DNA of 64,000 nucleotides from Pseudovirgaria hyperparasitica (GCA_010093815.1 ML996565.1); one strand, 5' to 3'; counted from the first letter of the stretch, positions 25,455 to 39,149 are shown. The notes: generated from the sequence alone by a model not told the origin. Translations and numbers: made by a program.

Positions 25455-26453
25455 CTACCGTAGGCACAGCAGTGCTCGCTCACCGAACTCTCTCTCCACA
25501 GTACCTTCTGCTTTGAACATCGCATAAAGCCATCTTCTGGCACCTTCCACCTCTTTCGCTCCGAACTTGACCAAAACGCTTCCCCGAACTTTCGCAGATG
25601 TCCAAAGCAATCCATCCGTCTTCTCTCGTCCTTGGCGTGATAGTCTTGCTGCCTGTATAGGGTCGGTGACCACCTGCTCTACATGGTCGTCCCACTTACG
25701 ATTGCCCATCCTAGGTAAGTGCTCAAACTCGTTCATGAAATGGTTGCCGAGTTGTTCAAACATGGAGCCATGGATGATTAAAGTGCCAAAAATGCCCTGA
25801 CCATCAACGCGCTCACGAAGGCCGGTACTGAAGCTTCCGTTGTCGTCCATGATTAGGTTGTCACGGATCAGCAATCGCTTCTTCTGCGGAGCCTCCAATT
25901 CCCCACTGCCAGTAAGCCAGACTTCGTTTTTCGAGGTGTAAGAGTAGAAGCTCCAAGTCTCATTTCTAGCTGGTCGACCCTCGCAAACCCAGTCGCAGAC
26001 GCAGATGCTGCTGTTAGTGCGAGATTGCAGATTATAGACTTGAGTTTGCGAAAATGCACTCCTTGCGAACGGCTGGACCGGATCTGGTAGATAACAAAGG
26101 GCACTACCGTCCGCTATAGATGCGACCGTATATTGTTGAGTGAGCTTCTTCCGATCTGGTGTATTGTAGATTTTCGTACTGCCTTGGGTGAGGAGTGTCA
26201 ACCGTGTCAATGGCGCAAGAGTAACGTCCAGCAAGATGGTATCGCCAGCGACTAGACCTCCTCCATATGTCAGAATGAAGACAGTGTACACTAGACGGTC
26301 ATTGGCCGTGATTGGATTCGGCGCGATCAGTTTCAATGGGTACTGATAAGATAAAGTCTGCAAGACTGGTGTTGATGGAGGAAGGAGAGAGACAAGAATG
26401 TTACCGTTGCCTGGACGAGACGAGGATAAGGAGAAGGGGTTAGAGAACGACAT
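25455..26453 (-). CDS. ureD: Urease accessory protein UreD
   Basis: YQYPLKLIAP, TYGGGLVAGD, LLTQGSTKIY, LPDPVQPF, DWVCEGR, C-terminal FGERALLCLR; single exon; first ATG at 26453. Confidence 0.95.
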   Translation of the reverse strand: MSFSNPFSLSSSRPGNGNILVSLLPPSTPVLQTLSYQYPLKLIAPNPITANDRLVYTVFILTYGGGLVAGDTILLDVTLAPLTRLTLLTQGSTKIYNTPDRKKLTQQYTVASIADGSALCYLPDPVQPFARSAFSQTQVYNLQSRTNSSICVCDWVCEGRPARNETWSFYSYTSKNEVWLTGSGELEAPQKKRLLIRDNLIMDDNGSFSTGLRERVDGQGIFGTLIIHGSMFEQLGNHFMNEFEHLPRMGNRKWDDHVEQVVTDPIQAARLSRQGREKTDGLLWTSAKVRGSVLVKFGAKEVEGARRWLYAMFKAEGTVEREFGERALLCLR

Positions 26454-26773
26454 TGATTCCTGCCTGACGAAATCGTCCAAACATTGTCAGACGATGTTTG
26501 CGGGTGTTCTGGCGGGATTTAATGGCTAGATATGTATGTCGAGTGTCAATGTCGAAGGCTCTACAGTGCAAGCTTGCAACAGGACAGTAGTTTGAGAACA
26601 CGCAACTGTTTGAAGTACAACCTATATCAAATAGAATAGAACGTGTTTCCAGAGGATGGTTTGTAGAAAACGATGCGCAAGGTGGATGGATATGCTTTTT
26701 CTTGCAGAGCTCTTACTAAGAAGTCTGATTAGCTTGAACTAGGCTAGCCGCCCCTCGTTTCCAGCACTCCGAA

Positions 26774-26840
26774 TCGCGCGCGTCTCCGTCACACCTCAGC
26801 AACACGACCTAGACCGCGTGCGATTCGCGACGCGACGCCG
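26774..26840. promoter_or_regulatory. Cluster of CGCG (MCB-like) elements in the ureD/SCC3 divergent promoter
   Basis: TCGCGCGCGTC, ACCGCGTG and TCGCGACGCGACG within ~100 bp of the SCC3 ATG. MCB/MBF control of cohesin genes is established in yeasts; function here is inferred. Confidence 0.45.
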
Positions 26841-26868
26841 TTCTATTCCTCGACAGCTGTTCGCTTCA

Positions 26869-29800
26869 ATGCCCGCTCGAGATTCCAGCATGGAGGTCAA
26901 CTCACCAGACCCTGACGCGCAAACCAGGAGTACGCGACGTAAATCTGGACGCGTTGTCAAGAAGCCATCTCTATACGCCGACTCGAGCCCGGTGGGCAGT
27001 GTCAAGCGGAAGCGGACAATAAATGTCGAAGACGACGATGAGGAGGATGTGTCAGACGAAGATGAAGACGAAGACGATCCTGAAGACGAGCCTGACGAAG
27101 AAGAGTTAAGGGAGAAACGACGACGCAAGAGCGCTACGAAGACACCCACGCTCAAGAAACCCGCCAAAAAGAAGTCCAAGACAAATGGAAAATCAAACGG
27201 TGAGACAATAGACTTGGCCATTCGTCCTGTATCGGTACCGAAGCCAAAGGCAAAGGCAAAAAGACCACGTAAAGCCGTTGCTCAGGACGTAGGTGAAGCC
27301 GATGGCATCTACGGTAAACATCCACCCAACACACTCTGTTCGGTATTGACTAACGTCGTCATAGCGGATGTTTTTGGTGGCGACAAGTCATTGCAGGAGG
27401 TGGCCGACGAATGGGTTGCAAGGTTTACTGCTGGAGAGGAAGCAGCCTCGGTGGCAGATCTCATAAATTTCGTATTCAAATGCGCCGGCTGCGATTCAAG
27501 AGTCGACCACCACAATATAGAGGATACTGATGGGGCGCCAAGCACTTTGATGAGCATTCAAGAGGAGTTCCAAGCGGTACGTAGTCATTGACCTTGATAT
27601 GACGCAGTTCTGACACGAGAACAGCAAGGAGTTGTTGAATACCCCTTAGTATCACGGAGCAAAGGTACTTCGGCATTCAAGAAGGCCTTCGAAGGCTTCT
27701 TCATCGCTCTGATCGATGCCTTGCACCGTGCCGAACTGCTATTTACGCGAAATGAGCTTAACGACAGCATCTTAACCTGGCTCGGTACCCTCTCGTCAGC
27801 TTCCTTCGGTCCCTTTCGTCACACTGCCACTGTCGCATGTCTCGCTGTCACGACTGCGTACTGTGACATCAGCAAGGAAGTGCTGGATGAAGTGGCGCAA
27901 ACACTGCGTCAGCGCGAGAACGAGAAGAAAAAGTCACGGCCTAATAAAGATAGAGTCAAGATGTTGGAGCAAAACATGCAACAAGCAACCGGCAAGCAAG
28001 AAATTCTTGATGGGTACATAAAGGAATGGTTCGAGGCCGTGTTTCTCCACCGCTATCGTGATGTTGATCACAGAGTGCGAGTCGATTGCGTACAAGCTAT
28101 CGGGGAATGGATCGTTACGTATCCGGATCATTTCTTCGATGGCACACATCTGCGCTATGTGGGGTGGCTGCTATCAGACAACAATTCTGTAGTGAGGCAG
28201 GAGGTCGTGAGGCAGCTGCATAAACTGTTCATTGACGAGAACAAGATTGGTGGGCTGAGAACCTTTACCGAGCGCTTCCGACCCCGAATGGTTGAGATGG
28301 CAACTGGAGACAGTGAGCCTACCGTGCGAGCCTTGACTGTGGACTTACTTGATGTGCTCAGAGAAGCTGGACTCCTTGAACCTGACGATGTCGACGCTGT
28401 TGGTAAACTCATTTTTGATGCGGAGCCTAAGGTTCGAAAAGCTGTAGTGAAATTCTTCGCTCAGAACATCAATGATATGTACGAGTCCAAGATTGACGAT
28501 CTGGGCGGACAACAGGCTATCGACGAGAGCCTAAATCAAGAAGATCTCGAGCTCGACTTTGACAGGCCACGTGTGGCATGGCTGAAGCTGAAATGTCTGG
28601 CCGAGGTCTTGAATGCTTATGATGCAGAAGAGGACCTACCATCTGCACCAGAAGAACAGTCATTACGAGCTGGATATCTCATTGTGGGAGCTGGGCTTGA
28701 CTCAAGGTTCTCTCTCGCTGCACAAGCGTTGTTTGAGACAATTGACGAAGTCAAAGACTGGCGAATCCTAGCTGGTTATCTTCTCTTTGATCATTCTGCG
28801 AATGCTTCAAATGGCACGTCTGATACCGTCGAATTGGCCTTACGTCGGGAAAGTAAAATAGAGGAGAGAGAAGAGCAAATACTTCTTGAGGTCCTGAACG
28901 CGGCCGTGAAGCTCGACTTTGCTCAAACAGACGAGTCGCATCGAGCTCAGAGGTCCAAGTTAACCAAAGCTCAGAAGCAACAACATCAAGAAAGACTCGA
29001 AGAGTCTACACGACATCTGTCAATCATCATTCCCCGTTTGCTGAGAAAGTTCGGCGCCGATGCGACTACTGCTTCTGCTGTATTACGTCTCGAGCCTGTC
29101 CTCAACTTGGAGATCTTTCAAGACTTGCGACAAGAGACCAACGACTTCGCTGCACATTTGGATGAGATTAACAAGCAGCTGCTGATGCACGGAAGCGAAG
29201 CAGTAGCTGCCGAGGCAAGTGCTGCTCTCCTTCATGCACGTAGGCACGAAGAGCTAGGTGAAATTACAGAGAGTAAAGTCTCAGCCTCTTGGGAGGAAAC
29301 TATAAAGGCTCTACACCACCTTAATAAGAACAACGAACTCTCTGTCCGGGGTTCGCTCAGTGTAGATGAACTAACAGCTCTATCCAACACTGTCCTCCGA
29401 TTAGACAGGCTCTCAACGATATCGAATTGCGTTGAATACCTCGACAGAATACCAAAACCCGCGGGCTCCAACAAGCGGTCCAAAGCAACCTCTCAAACAG
29501 AGCAGATTGATGCGTGGGCTATTCTCCTCAACATAATCAATCGTGGAGTACCGTCAGACGCTATAGCTGAAGGAGTTGACGAACAGGAAGACTCGCTAGT
29601 AATGCATGCCGCCAATATCTTCACATTCTACTTCCTTTGGCAGATCAACGCGTGGAAGGCTCAATTGACCGCTGGGCGCAACATGTCTCCCGCTAATGTC
29701 ACCTATCTCACGGAAAAGCGTGATGCTCTTGTGACGACATTTGAATACGTCATGCAGAACAGGGCTGGTGGCGACGCTCTCCGTATTCATATCGCTAGTG

Positions 29801-30531
29801 CGCTACTCGACATATTCACAGTGCTCACCACCCTGCGAACCGTCAAAGCCAAGACCGCGCTTAGCACAGAAGCGTCAAGTGCGCACCTGGATTTCGTCAT
29901 TGCAGTGCCGCCGAAGACCCAGGAGATCCTCCAACATATCCTTATCGCTGCTGAGAAATCTTTGGCCAAGAAGACGAATCGGAAGCTTGAACTAGCAGAC
30001 GATGACGATCCGATCGACCCTGATGATGAACCGGACTCGTCGGATGACGAAGAAGATACGACAGAGGGCGAGGCTCGACGGCTAGGCATACTTTCTGCTG
30101 AACACCAATTGTGTGCCTTTGCCTCAAAACTTGTCCTTGGGCTTGTTGGAGGGATTCTAGACGAGGAGCAGAAGGGCAAAGGGCCGATCCGCAAAGCTCT
30201 AGAAAAGAACCGAAATAAGCTCGGCAAGAACTACGCCGAAGTAATTGCATTCCTAGACTTTAAGCCAGCCGGTAAGAAGACTACAGCGACTGGGCGTGCA
30301 CGGACAAAGACCCCCGCCCCTAGCAAAGGAAAGGGACCTGCGAAGAGCAAGGAGGTTGTGGTCGAGAGTGAGGCCGAGGACGAGGAAGAAGCACCGAGGG
30401 ACGACCGCGAGGCTGACGAGGAGGCCCTCGCCCAAGAACAGGAGGAAGCTGAAGCCGAAGCCCGCGAGAGGGAAGGTCCTGATGAAGATATGCATGACGT
30501 TGCAGATGCCGAGAGTGTGCTCGGCGATTGA
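26869..30531 (+). CDS. SCC3: Cohesin subunit Scc3/Psc3/STAG, 3 exons
   Basis: STAG/SCD motifs PFRHTATV, FLHRYRDVDHRVRVDC, YPDHFFDGTHLRYVGWLLSD, FTERFRPRMVEMA; acidic/basic N- and C-terminal tails; introns ~27313-27365 and ~27576-27624. Confidence 0.96.
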
Positions 30532-31192
30532 TCCAGGGGTTATGTATGGCTCCCACGTGGGCCATGTTGTGGATGTCTGCCTCTTCTTACCCTGATCCTG
30601 TTGGGACATTCCAACGTTCTGTTCGATTAATCACGCATCTCAGTCGCCGCAACCCCAGCTTTTTCCCAATTTACCCTTCTGGCCTGAGGAAGGTTTGGTG
30701 GCCGGCAAATCATGCAATGGTTCGTCGCTATACATTCCCTCTTGTTCATGGCGGTTGTTCCATGCTTAGCGGTCAACGGAGGCATGGGTGATCCTGTTAA
30801 GAGTTGGATTCCTTCTCCACCGGTACGTGGTACCCCATGATACCCTTGTAAGATAGGTTTTACGTCGCGTCCAGTCCAGTAGCATTGTACAGTACACAGT
30901 ACGGCAAGCTATCTTATACCTGACGCAACCGCGCGGCGTTGTTATTACGAGTCAAAATACCAATGATGCCAAACCGTTGCGATGATCAAAATAATTTATT
31001 ATCCATCGTAGATGAGTTTTTGACACTCCACGCAACCCCCTAGTTACCCTACATTGATATTGTGTGTATCACTTCCAGTGAGCTTCAATTTTACATCTCC
31101 TCACTCACACCCCCAGACCCACAACATTTCCGCGTCCCCGATGCCGTACCACCGGAGCGAACCTAAACGCATTTTCCCCACACGCCCGCACG

Positions 31193-31260
31193 CACTCACT
31201 CACTCACTCACTCACTCACTCACTCACTCACTCACTCACTCACTCACTCACTCACTCACT
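31193..31260 (+). repeat. (CACT)17 microsatellite
   Basis: Perfect tetranucleotide run just downstream of the first SDR gene. Confidence 0.97.
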
Positions 31261-31337
31261 TTCACCCCTCAATAGCACATTCCACACACACCACACACAC
31301 CACACACGCGCCCACACGTTCACACGCACAAACCCAC

Positions 31338-32469
31338 TCACCACGCCCCCACAACCCCAGCAACAGGAATATCAATACCCGTCGTATACCCCGCCCCATC
31401 ACACAACAAATACACATACGCACCCCCAACCTCCACCGGCCAAGCCAGCCTGCCCATCCCGCCATAATACCGCATCTTGACCTCCCAATCCGGCGTCCGG
31501 TCCACAAAATACGTCATGCCCGTGCGCACAAACCCGGGTGACACGCTGTTGACCCGGATGCCGTAGGGCGCCCATTCCATGGCTAGCGTGTGCGTCATGT
31601 TGCGGATCGCGGCTTTGGTGCTTCCGTAGGGCGCGGATGGGGCCGCGCGGTTGGGCCGGTAGGAGGTCATGCTTGCGGTGAAGACTATGCTGCCTGTTGT
31701 GTGGAGGCGCTGGAATGTTTGGGCGGCTGCGCGCGCGGTGTGGAAGGCGCCGAAGACCTGTGCGTGCGGGTTAGTGGGTTGGTTGGGGGAGCGCGGTGGG
31801 TTGCGGGGAGGTAAGTAGGGAGGGAAAGAGGAGTTGTAGTCGTCGTGGTTGTCGTCGTCGTCGTCGTCGTCGTCGTCATTGCGGGGTGATGATATCATCT
31901 TGCTACGATATGTCTCGGGAGGAGGAGGGGGGTGGCTTTGGCACGGTGTCCTGATAGAAGTGCGAAACCAAAAAAAAGGGGGGGGATAGAAGAGCACAAC
32001 GCACATTAAGATCAAACATCTCCCTAATCTGCTCCTCCGTAAACTCAAACGCAGGCTGATGCCTCGTCATACCCGCATTCGCCACAACGCCATTCAGCGT
32101 GCCCTCGCGCGCGACAATCTCGTCCATCGCAGCCTGCACGCTGGCTTCCTTTGTCACGTCCGTGTGGATGAATTTGAGTCGTCCGTCGTGCTTCCTGGCT
32201 AGGGCGAGGAAGTCGGCGTAGTCTGCGTTGTCGTCCGGGTTGGTTCCGTTGTCGTTGTCTGGGAAGGGCGAGACGAGATCGAGCGAGTAGACGGCTGCGG
32301 CGTCGTTTTCGAGCGCGACTTGGGCGATGCCGAGGCCGATGCCGCGGTTTGCGCCGGTGATGGCGATGACTTTGGTGGAGAGGGTGATGCGCCAGGAGCT
32401 GTCGAGGGGGCGCTCGGTGGAGAGGTAAGGGGAGACGGCTGAGGAGTCGTCGGGTTGGTGGTCTGCCAT
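31338..32469 (-). CDS. Short-chain dehydrogenase/reductase (polyol/ketose oxidoreductase-like), SDR-A, 2 exons
   Basis: ITGANRGIG, YSLD (Asp after beta-2 suggests NAD), VANAG, VFTASM, catalytic YGSTK, IRVNSVSPG, YTTGIDIPVAG; intron 32004-31758. Confidence 0.92.
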
Positions 32470-33679
32470 GGCGGCACAAAGAGTCTGTTGAAATGGATGA
32501 AGGAATATGATATTATGAAGCTGTGTTGGACGTCTTCTTGTTTGCACGGCTTTGTGGTATGGTATATAGCTGGCTGGCACGTGGACGTGTAGGTCTGATG
32601 TTTTGGATGGAAGAAGGCTTCTTTTACGTGGCAAGCATCGAATTATGTATCTGATAATACCGCAACAGGATGGCAAAGGGAATGCAAACAGACGAAAAGC
32701 ATTACTATCGAGACCATCCGGCTCTCTTTATGCGTCGTCGCTCCAGTTCCGGCAGTCAAATCATTGACAATCGCGCCAGCTTCCGCTCACTGTCACCTCC
32801 GTCACTTCCGCCACTAATATCTACTGGGAGCTCACATCCGAGGCCAACATCTGCCTCTTTCTCCAGACGAATCAAGGTATACCTTGGACAGACGCCCGTG
32901 GAGTCTCGCCCTGTTGTTGACCGAAAAAAAATAAAACTCCACTGTTTAGCAATGGGGTTGTATTGATTCTCACCATCACTTATTATCTCATTTGCCCTGG
33001 CAATGAAGCCTACTTGCGACACATTGTTCCCGATCTCAAGGCTCACGATTCCCGTTGCACGCGCTCTGCAGCTACGCATCAATAGCTGCGGGAGCCTCGA
33101 GACGGGGGCTGCGGAAGCTCCCGCAAGCGAGCCGCTGATTGGGTGGGGCCATGTGGGACCCAGCCGTAGCACGCTAGGATGAGCGGTTCCCCGAGTCGAG
33201 GTCACAATGCTATGCTAGCTTGCTGACTTGTTGTCCTGTCGCGGAGTACTTCGTGTTCATGCACGGTGTGTGATCGCACGGCATGCACGCCGACGCTATA
33301 TCGAGTCAGGAAGAGTAGGTAATCTGGAGTTTCATTTGGCCCCAGGTATCGTACGTTGCGGGGAAGCGGGCTGAGAACCCGGAGGAGTCGTCCTCGATGC
33401 CGTAGAGCTTACTACGGAACGATGTCCGGGGGATGTATTCATCCAAAGGGTGTTGTAAAGGGCTCGTTGCGTAACTTGATTTGCTGGATTGAGTACCGGT
33501 GTACAGAGGGTGTGCCAGACATGCTCGGAAATGAGTCTCATTGAGCTTTGCAATGCTGTATTTCCCGGGCGTCCAGCCTTATGCCGTTTCTGCTGTTATT
33601 CAAACGCGTCGCTCATCTCTTCATCGACTGAATTCCAAATTTCAACCAGACTTCTGTGTTAGATGTCCGTCGTTGCAGT

Positions 33680-35240
33680 ATGGCGACTAATAAAATGACA
33701 TCGAGCAGTTTTGAACATGTCGAAGTAGCGCCGCCAGACGGCAAGCTAAATGCTTCCGAGATTTGCGTAGAGCGTATAGAAGAGGAGAGACGGCTTGTGA
33801 GGAAGGTCGATCTGTATCTGCTACCAACGATTTGGCTGATGTATCTATTGTCGTATATGGATCGAACAAAGTAAGAAACAGCGGGGCCCCTAACGGCATG
33901 TATGCTAACAGCTCCAGCATTGGCAACGCCAAGATTGCGGGCATGGAAGCAGATCTGAGGCTTTCTTCCAGCCAGTATTCGATAATGTTGGTAGTCTTCT
34001 TCGTCACGTACGTCTGTTTCGAAATTCCCTCAAACCTTGTCCTGGCCAAGACACGGCCGTCCGTATTCCTGCCGGTCACTATGATTCTCTGGGGCATCGT
34101 GACTTGTTGTATGGCAGCTGCTACATCTTACAAGCATCTCATCGCTTTGCGCCTGATCGTCGGTTTACTGGAAGCTGGTTTTGCACCCGGAGTACTGATG
34201 ATCTTATCGTCATGGTACAAGAAGAACGAAATGTCGAAGCGATTTGCGGCCTATATCTCTGCAGCTGTATTATCCGGAGCCTTTGGTGGTCTTCTGGGTG
34301 GTGCCATAACACAGGGTCTCGACGGTGCGCATGGGATAGAAGGGTGGCGCTGGTTATTCGTAAGTATCATCTTCGAGGCGGATGATTATTCGACATGGAC
34401 TGATTGACTTTAAAAGATTGTTGAAGGAGCTGCGACTATCAGCTGGGCCATTATCGCACACTTCATTCTTCTCGACTTTCCCAGTACCACAAAGAAGTTC
34501 TCTGCGCGTGAAAGACTTCTGGCGACCGAGAGATTACAGAGGGACAACGTAACGGCTACGACCGGAAATAGCAGCCCAAAGGTTAGCTCAATGCAAGCAA
34601 CCGTCATATCGTTGAAGAATTGGAGAACTTGGGTCCTCACCTTAGGCTACATGGTACATCTTCCAAATGGTTTGGTTCCAGACATAATGCTAATGCCATA
34701 GAGGTCATCGTTGGGTCCTCGACTCTTTCATACTTTTACCCAACCTTGGTTGAAGGCCTGGGATATACGTCGCATATGGCGCAGTATATGACGGTTCCCA
34801 TCTATGCGGTAGCATTCGTCGCAGTCGGTTTCACAGGATACTTTGGGGACCGGATTACAGAATACCGAGGAGTAGTAATCGCGAGCTGGCTTGCCCTTAG
34901 CATGGTGTGTAGCATCGTTGTATGTGTTGTCTATGACTTCACAGCTCGGTATGCACTGCTGGTAATCATGGCTGCTGGGCTCTGGGCGTCAAATGGATTG
35001 GCGCTGTCCTACGCGGGCAGCACGTTTGGCCCACTGCAGCAAGAAGTCCGCGCAGTCAGCTTGGCCTTCGTCAATGCCATGGGAAATCTGGCTCAAATCT
35101 ATGGCGCGTACTTGTTTCCATCGGACGACAAGCCGAAATACCTGATGGGGTTTGGGGTGATCAGCGGTATGTGTGGGTTTGGAGTTGTTGTGTACACGGT
35201 CGCGCACGTATCATTCAAGCGATGGCCCACGACATCGTAG
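33680..35240 (+). CDS. MFS transporter, anion:cation symporter (Dal5/Tna1/tartrate-like) family, 4 exons
   Basis: LVRKVDLYLLP..YLLSYMDRTN|IGNAKIAG, FEIPSN, EAGFAPG..SWY, GAFGGL, EGWRWLF|IVEG, LDFP; introns ~33871-33917, 34360-34415, 34654-34701. Confidence 0.93.
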
Positions 35241-36737
35241 ACATCTTTGCCGCGTTCGTATGCCGAGATCTCGCACGACTCAAGGAATACGATTGTGGTA
35301 AGACTTCGTTATGGTGTTGTGGCGTATGATGGCGGCTGCTGCGAGAGATCTCCGGGGACATTTAGGTTCGGCCGGTAAGCCGTCGCATGAGTTTCGGGTG
35401 AGAATGTGCTGGCCATCATTGGACGAAAGCAGTGAGATTGACAGGAGGGTGTTTTCTATGTCGAGACTAATTAGAGTTCATGAAGAAACTCGATCGACGT
35501 GGTGGTGGAGTGGATGCAAAGAGGCGCAGGCAGACGCCACCGATCCTTAGTCTAGGGGTGCACATCCGAAGTTTATCCGCAGCTCGCGCTAGCAGCGAGT
35601 CAGTGCGATTAGACTTCTGCATCCTATTCAAAACAAGCTCCAACTCGTCAATCTCTCGACGGTGAACACTCCTGTCCTCCTATCGCTGGGAAGACCGGTC
35701 TGACGCGGCACCTGTTCCTCTCCTCAGTTCGCCATCGCAAGATCGGATTTTAGGATCCGCGTCATGTAAGCCATCGTGATGGCGTGGGATGCTAATGTCC
35801 GTCTCTCACGCGTTGCTGTCTTTGCTCGCAATACATACACCATAGTACACAGTAATACCACGGCAATGCTCACTTGCATTCACCGTTTCTAGTAGCAACT
35901 GAATTCGCATATACAAGCCGTGTCTTTTTGAGCTTCTCCGCTTCCGAGAAGCATTTCGAATGCCCCCAAATTCGCCGTTGACCAACTTGTTCATGGGATT
36001 CATCCTACGACGCATCGGCGCATCACCGCATACGATCCTGTTTGGCAATACTCGCGTGGCGGCGAAGAGCTTCGAGCGGTCGCTAGCCTTATGGAGTTTG
36101 CGGAGCTAACTGCCGTGGACTTCGCGGTATAATACATAATTATGGTTGAGGTGTGGCTGGAAAAGGGCCGAATCAGGGCGGAAACAACGTTGGTTTCATC
36201 CAGCTCGGAACGGGCTCCGTGCCAGCACTCGCATACCTGTCCTTGCAGGTTTGGAAAGTCATGCGAAAGCTCCAGTTGACCGAACACCGGCTCCATAATG
36301 CATGCGACCGTTTTGCTGGTACGAAGCTTGAAGAGAAGCTGTCCATTTACCTTCAGACCGTGTACAGTTATGTACAATCCATCATTTATTTTTCGGGTAC
36401 TAGGAACAAGGGTTCTTCGACAAGAGATTATTCCGGCACGCTGCGGAATCCAGAGTAATAAGCCATGGATCCTTCTGACAATTATCAAACATGGTGGACA
36501 AGAGGACACGTGAAAACCGTACGACACTGACGTCGTTGATCTTCGCTCGTGGGTGATACTATGAATGCACAGCTAATTAATGGTGGGCTAACAAGGCGTA
36601 CACCGAAGCGGGAGCGCCGCAAGTTGGCGCCGATCATGAACGCTTTGAATGAATAGCAGGAACCGCGGCGACGACGATCCAATGTCTTTTAATGTCAGAC
36701 CCACGCACAGCGTTAATATTGCATCATACGGCATTGT

Positions 36738-38722
36738 CTATTGCAAGAGAGCTGCAGAGAGGCCCCCCAGGAAGACAGCGGCAGCATAAGCCCCTGGGTC
36801 AGGCGGTATGTCTGACTGGGATTCAAGCTTTTCATCGCCGACGTAGGTAGCACGGCCAAATTTCGCACGCATACCCTTGGTCGTGTCAGCACCACGTTGC
36901 GCAGCCTGTACCGACTTGGCGAGTTCTCCAGACTGTTGCAGGGTCTCACAGAAGGGGATCAGGGCGTCCATCACAGTTCTATCCCCCACTCTAGCGGAGG
37001 TGTACTGCTTCAGCACATCAAGAGCGGGGCCGATGGTTTTCGAGACTGTGGTGATGGAAACGTCAGACGAGCTTCTATATGCTTGGCGCAATTGACTGGA
37101 GAAGGCGGTGAGGAAGATGCTCAAGATTGCACCCAGTGAGCCCCCCATGTCCTCGACACAGTCCCCCACCTGTTCAAGAAAGGAAAATAGCGGCGAGTTC
37201 GGGGACAGGTCCGAGTGCAGCTTTGTGAGTATGGAATTGCAAACCATGTCAACAGCTTCACCACAATCGCCATCACCCATCAGAATGTCATATTTTGTAA
37301 TGTCTGGTTCAGCAGCACGGGCGCGCTTGCAGGCCTCTGTTAGAGCTCGAATGATTTTAGCAGTCACAGGAGGGCCCTGGTCTTGGCTGGCGGCAGCTTG
37401 CGCGTCAGCTTTGGCTTTCTCCCGCAAACGTGCACATTCCTCGGACGGCTTGGCAGAGAGATAGCTGTTCTTGGGCCAGGCGGGAGCGGTAGTCGGGGCG
37501 TCGAGCAATTGAAGAATGTCAGACACAGTCAGTTCCATTGCTTGTGCAATACCTGTCAGGTTTCCCACGGTGATGGAAAAGCCAGGCCCATTTAGTGAGG
37601 ATTCAAAGGTACCGGCGTAGATGCGGATCGGCAACAGATCCCAGTCGGCCTCTGCAGATTGGGGTCAGTGCACGGCAATAATTGGCGAGACGCGCAAGCA
37701 GGAGCGAGCGCACCTAGTTGTAACCCTGCAATGTTGGCGAGAGCCTCCAATTCGAGGTTGGAAAGGCCACCGAAATTATTGATGAGCATGACGACTTCAT
37801 CCTTGGGATTGAAGGTGACAAAGGCACGGTCTGGATCGGACGGGTCGAGAAGATGGGCATACATCTGCTTGACCAAGGAATCAGCGCTAGGAATAGGGGA
37901 GATTGTTTGAAGTCCCTGGGCAAGATCAGTACAGGTATGAGATGCATGTAGATGGATTGCCAAAGCTTATTACTGGCTCGTTGTGGATACCCATGCCCAG
38001 CACGCAGGCGTTTGCGGGGACGGCCTCGTGGTGAGACCTCCCTGGAACGTGACAATGATCAAGGCTTGTGCCGATGGTGACGAGGTGGGAGTTGCCCAAG
38101 TTGCCCAGTTTCAAGACAGAATCAAAAGACCAGGCTTGGTGATTGGCAGCACCAATAAGTTTCAGGACTGTGGATATCTCAGCAATGGTCAGCTGGTGTG
38201 CAAGGAGGGGGAAAAAGGATGATAGAGGCAGATGATTGTGCGGTCAGTACCTAGAAGATTGCCAGCGAGGCCTCGTCGACCGACAAGACCGGCCTTTTCC
38301 TTGCCCAAGGCAGCATCCTCCGACATGTTGACAACGTCGACACGATGACCGAGGGCGAGACCCTTTTCGCGGGCCAGGCCAAAGTGCAGCTTGTCCCCTG
38401 TGTAGTTTGTTATGCAGAGAATGATGCCCACATTTGACGGGACGCTTCGGATACCGGCCATGATTTGCTTTGTGGAAGGGCTGGCGAAGATATCACCGCA
38501 CACGGCAGCGGCCAACATGCCATCGCCAACGTAGCCGGACCAGGCTGGTTCATGGCCACTGCCCCCGCCAGAAATGATGGCAATCTGGGAGGGCTGATGG
38601 GATTTTGAAAAGACGACTCTGTTGACAGGATCTAAGTCCAGATTGGGATGCCTCTGGACGAAAGATTGCAGAGCCAGTGGCACGAGGGCTCTGGGTTCGG
38701 CAAAGAAATGCTTGGTCGACAT
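36738..38722 (-). CDS. Dihydroxyacetone/triokinase-family kinase (fused DhaK-DhaL), 4 exons
   Basis: ISGGGSGHEPA, GDIFASP, NYTGDKLHFG, VGRRGLAG, SLDHCHVPG, GMGIHNEP, NNFGG, DhaL motifs GDGDCG, MGGSLG, ARVGDRTVMDAL, GRATYV, PDPGA; introns ~38250-38153, 37973-37919, 37712-37653. Confidence 0.95.
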
Positions 38723-39149
38723 TGTCGGATAAGAGTGAGTGGCTCGCGGTGAGAACAGTGAGGTGCGCTCTCTCTCTCAATGGCCAATCGAACCGGATTA
38801 GGGTTCGTGCCAGGGCGAAACAGACAGCTTTACGAGCTGCAGGAACGATAAAGGGCTAGTCGGGCGGGCGACGAGTGACAGAGAAGGAGACTTTACTCGG
38901 AATGGCAAATTCGCGATCGGAGTGTTCGACTCGCGAGCCGTGTCGGGGGACGACAAGAAGCAGCAGATGGAAAGGAAGAAGATGTAAGGAGAGACGGGCG
39001 GGATAATAGGAGGAGAACGAGGAGGAGAGAGAAAGCAGGCGAAAAGATCAGAAAGTGAAAGTTCGATGATGGCGGGGTACTGTTCTACTACTGTGTAGGA
39101 TGAGGATGGTTGGGTGATGCACAAGGAACTTGAAGGTATCAGGAGGAGA

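Noticed and set aside
32470..33679. SYGGRG CreA-type sites in cluster promoters
   Set aside because: The motif is too degenerate to be informative without conservation data.
35300..36700. Short ORFs between the MFS and kinase genes; checked for RpiB or triosephosphate-isomerase genes that often accompany DAK kinases
   Set aside because: No RpiB (CGTG.G) or TIM (NWK, AYEP.WAIG) motifs seen; frames are short and interrupted. A decayed remnant cannot be excluded without BLASTX.
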